DNA of 59,198 nt from Sulfurospirillum sp. (GTDB lineage: Bacteria > Campylobacterota > Campylobacteria > Campylobacterales > QNZT01), in assembly GCA_024762235.1 (NCBI GenBank), contig JANTHT010000001.1:1-59198 (forward strand), read 5' to 3'. This document shows, piece by piece, positions 56,716 through 59,198 of the stretch. The notes under the pieces were generated by a model. That model did no database searches. It was given only the letters and a program-made list of their open reading frames with translations, and had not been told where the DNA came from. Position numbers and translations under genes: made by a program. Numbering within the stretch: position 1 is the first letter of the stretch; every line of letters starts with the position of its first letter.

Positions 56716-57492
56716 TTATCTCTGAAGCGCGGACCCTGCTCTTTTGTGATCGAACATCAGTACATGTCCGTTGTCATCGGCAAAGTAGAGCCTCCCTCCG
56801 GGCGCGAACGTGACACCCTCCTGGGCGAATTTCGGAAGCTTGACCTCTCTGTCGATCCGTTTTTGCGACATGTTGTAGCGGTAGAGGCGGTTGTTTGTAT
56901 CGCTGACCATGTAGAGGTATCCATTCTGCCAGGCAAGTCCGGAGATATCGCGTTTCCGGGGGTCGATGATGCCGGAGATCTTTGCTTTTTTATGGCTGAG
57001 GTCGTCGATACGTACGATGACGGAGGGGTCGGCATGGGGGTAGTAGTGCTTTGACTGGTTGCTGATCCAGAGATCTCCCTGATCGTCGATCGTAATCCCT
57101 TCAAATCCATGCTTTTTATCTTTTTTGAGGAGGGTTTTTCCTTTGTAATCGCGTTTGATCTTGACCGTCCGCAGCAGTTTGAAGCGTTCGGGATCGATCA
57201 CAAGCACCTCCTCCTTGCCTTCGACTGCGGCCAGAAGACGGTGCTGTTTCGGATCGCAAGCGATCCCTTCGAGATCATACTTTCCGAGAAATTTCCGGCG
57301 GAGGATTTTGCCCTCGGGAGAGAGGGCGTAGATGTTTCCCTCATCGCCGACGACATAGAGCAGGTTGTCGCCACTACTGTAACAGATGCCCGACGCTTCG
57401 GGGATATCGGCGATCACATGCGGATCGGTTTTGCCCCTGCTGCATGCAGATGTCATCAGGGCGAGCAGTAGTGGCAGGATCTTCAGGACCAC
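56716..57492 (-). CDS. Lipoprotein, SdiA-regulated/YjiK-like beta-propeller
   Basis: Lipobox (LMTSAC). Repeated blade-like segments (..ASGICYS.., ..LEGIACD.., ..FEGITID.., ..ISGLAWQ.., ..QEGVTFA..). Confidence 0.5.
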   Translation of the reverse strand: MVLKILPLLLALMTSACSRGKTDPHVIADIPEASGICYSSGDNLLYVVGDEGNIYALSPEGKILRRKFLGKYDLEGIACDPKQHRLLAAVEGKEEVLVIDPERFKLLRTVKIKRDYKGKTLLKKDKKHGFEGITIDDQGDLWISNQSKHYYPHADPSVIVRIDDLSHKKAKISGIIDPRKRDISGLAWQNGYLYMVSDTNNRLYRYNMSQKRIDREVKLPKFAQEGVTFAPGGRLYFADDNGHVLMFDHKRAGSALQR

Positions 57493-57935
57493 AGCCCCTC
57501 CTTTTTCAGAAAGTCCCGCACAGTGCGGTCGAGCATCTCGTAGACTTTCTCGAACCCGCTGAAGCCATCGAAAAAATAGGGGTCTGGGACATCGGCGCCT
57601 CCATAACCGCCGTAATCTCCAATAAGGTAGATATTTTCATAGCCGAGGCTTTCGAGATCTTTCTTATTCTGACGGTCCATCGCGACGACGTGGGTGAAGG
57701 TGTCGGGATCGTGCCTGTGCAGTGTCCGTGCGCGCAGGCCGCTGATGTCGATGCCGTTTTGTGCGGCGATCTTGATGGCGTTGTCACAGGGCGCTTCTCC
57801 GACATGCCACTCTCCGGTGCCGGCGGAGTCTATGTGGAGTTCGAGATCATGTTCTCTGGCGATTTTGTTGGCGATGCCGTCGGCAAGGGGCGAGCGGCAG
57901 ATATTTCCGAGACAGACGAAGAGGATCGATTGCAT
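57483..57935 (-). CDS. Low-molecular-weight protein tyrosine phosphatase family protein
   Basis: CX5R(S) P-loop (VCLGNICRSP) near the N-terminus and a DPY general-acid region (VPDPYF). Start chosen at the ATG at 57935. Confidence 0.85.
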   Translation of the reverse strand: MQSILFVCLGNICRSPLADGIANKIAREHDLELHIDSAGTGEWHVGEAPCDNAIKIAAQNGIDISGLRARTLHRHDPDTFTHVVAMDRQNKKDLESLGYENIYLIGDYGGYGGADVPDPYFFDGFSGFEKVYEMLDRTVRDFLKKEGLWS

Positions 57936-58003
57936 GGGGTTCCTTTGGCTTTTTAAACGTACCCTGTTATAATAGTAAAAATAAGTTGTAGAAAGAATCA
58001 TAG

Positions 58004-58837
58004 ATGAAAGAGAGAGTTTCAGCGATACTGGGAGAAGAGGTCAAATCGTGCCGCCTCATGACCCAGAGCAGTTCGACCGCTGTCTATAACTGCGACAACC
58101 GTATCGTCGCAAAAGTCGCTACAGATCCGTGGCTCGTGGAGAGTGAAGAGCTCATGTACGAGTATCTGCGGGACAACTCGACACTGCCGATCCCGAAGCT
58201 CTACGGACGCGACAATGAAGTGTTGCTGACCGAATATATCCCCAACGACCAGCTCGGCAGGCTCGATGCAGAACGTGACGCGGCACTCCATCTGGCCAAT
58301 CTGCACCGTATCGGCTGGGAAGAGGGGTACGGTTTCGTCGATGATACCGTCATCGGCCCCTACAGGCAGAACAATACCCCCTATGATTCGTGGATCGAGT
58401 TTTTCAGACGGGAGCGGCTGCTGGACTTCGCGACGAAGGCTTTTGCGGAGGAGCAGCTTCCCGAAGAGAGTTATCTGCGGCTCATCGCACTCTGCGAAGA
58501 TCTGGAGCGCTATCTGATAGAGCCGAAACACTCCTCGCTGCTGCACGGAGATGTCTGGAGCGGCAATGTCCTGATCCACAGGGGTGAAGTGGCCGCTTTT
58601 ATCGACCCGGCCATCTACTACGGCCATCATGAAGTCGATCTCGCCTTTATCATGATGTTCAGCACTTTCGGCGACCGCTTTTTCGAGCACTACCACAAAC
58701 TCTATCCGATCGAAGAGGATTTTGTCGAAGTACGCGCCGATATCTACAACCTCTACCCCTATCTGGTACACCTGCGGGCTTTCGGGGAGGGGTATCTGCC
58801 CTACATCGAACGGACACTGCAGAAGTATGGATACTGA
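58004..58837 (+). CDS. Fructosamine/ketosamine-3-kinase family protein
   Basis: Kinase-like fold with the LLHGDVWSGNVL catalytic-loop signature. 277 aa. Confidence 0.8.
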   Translation: MKERVSAILGEEVKSCRLMTQSSSTAVYNCDNRIVAKVATDPWLVESEELMYEYLRDNSTLPIPKLYGRDNEVLLTEYIPNDQLGRLDAERDAALHLANLHRIGWEEGYGFVDDTVIGPYRQNNTPYDSWIEFFRRERLLDFATKAFAEEQLPEESYLRLIALCEDLERYLIEPKHSSLLHGDVWSGNVLIHRGEVAAFIDPAIYYGHHEVDLAFIMMFSTFGDRFFEHYHKLYPIEEDFVEVRADIYNLYPYLVHLRAFGEGYLPYIERTLQKYGY

Positions 58838-59198
58838 AGCGCTTCAAACGCCTCTCTATATCCTCGAAGAGGCGAAGCTGGAGCAGAACCTGCAGCTCCT
58901 CGATGACGTTCAGCGACGTAGCGGGGCGAAGGTCCTGCTGGCACTGAAGGGATTTGCCTTCAGCGGCGGGATGGAGATGGTTGCGCAATACCTCCACGGC
59001 TGCTGTGCGAGCGGTCTGCATGAAGCGCGCTATGCGGCGGAGAAAGTGGGCAGGGAGGTGCACACCTACGCGCCTGCTTTCAAAGAGGAGGAGATCGATG
59101 AGATTATCAATCTGAGCCATCATCTGGTATTTAACTCCTTCGCGCAGTGGGAGCGGTTTCGGGAGCGGGCGCTGGGCAGGGTTTCATGCGGCCTGCGT
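58827..59198 (+). CDS. nspC: Carboxynorspermidine decarboxylase (5' part; runs off the window)
   Basis: My own translation from the ATG at 58827 gives MDTEALQTPLYILEEAKLEQNLQLLDDVQRRSGAKVLLALKGF.., open to the window end. NspC-like N-terminus. Overlaps the upstream stop by 11 nt. Confidence 0.7.
   Translation, partial: MDTEALQTPLYILEEAKLEQNLQLLDDVQRRSGAKVLLALKGFAFSGGMEMVAQYLHGCCASGLHEARYAAEKVGREVHTYAPAFKEEEIDEIINLSHHLVFNSFAQWERFRERALGRVSCGLR

Noticed and set aside
56662-57054. A 130-aa plus-strand ORF beginning inside repeat copy C.
   Set aside because: It starts within the repeat and runs antisense to the well-supported YjiK-like lipoprotein gene. It has no RBS or motifs.
1-59198. A whole-window search for CRISPR arrays, tRNA/rRNA genes, prophage or integrative-element hallmarks, and toxin-antitoxin or known defence gene signatures.
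   Set aside because: No regularly spaced short repeats, cloverleaf-like segments, integrase, recombinase or transposase, capsid or terminase, reverse transcriptase, or nuclease-helicase pairs were recognisable by eye. The window reads as conserved core chromosome. An automated scan (tRNAscan-SE, Infernal, a CRISPR finder, DefenseFinder) would be the decisive check.

Overview
This 59.2-kb window looks like core chromosome from a sulfur-oxidising Campylobacterota (epsilonproteobacterium). That assignment is an inference from gene content and synteny. No rRNA, tRNA, CRISPR array, integrase, transposase or phage gene was seen. The main blocks, in order, are listed below.

- **soxCDYZ (0.2-9.2 kb):** a split-type sulfur-oxidation cluster with a divergent periplasmic thioredoxin and accessory genes (tandem DUF302, MOSC, MBL-fold hydrolase).
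- **10-13 kb:** an orphan beta-class DNA methyltransferase and a Tat-exported metallophosphoesterase.
- **13.2-18.2 kb:** a tightly coupled minus-strand operon with two NosL-family proteins, a FtsX/MacB-type ABC exporter, a polytopic CxxC membrane protein and a DsbD_2/TauE-like protein.
- **18-22.4 kb:** envelope genes and a stand-alone AAA+ ATPase.
- **22.6-39.8 kb:** a 15-gene nuo (complex I) operon. NuoE/F are replaced by a 78-aa protein plus a NuoF-tail/GltD-type flavoprotein fusion, and nuoG is tandemly duplicated. A PflA-like TPR protein follows.
- **42-46 kb:** ilvE, an SPFH protein, hisIE and small membrane proteins.
- **46-53 kb:** signalling and envelope genes (PAS, YtfJ, OmpA with TSP3 repeats, FGE-like lipoprotein, HD-GYP, CDF transporter, MsrB-MsrA).
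- **53.8-59.2 kb:** an operon of an OmpA-anchor protein and two coiled-coil proteins, a divergent LMW-PTP / fructosamine-kinase pair, and the start of nspC.

The most unusual non-genic signal is a roughly 120-bp palindromic, MITE-like repeat bounded by terminal inverted repeats (TIRs). It occurs three times, and one copy is cut by the window start. Copies differ by compensatory substitutions in a central hairpin. I found no clear-cut new defence or mobile system; the candidates for follow-up are ranked in the findings.
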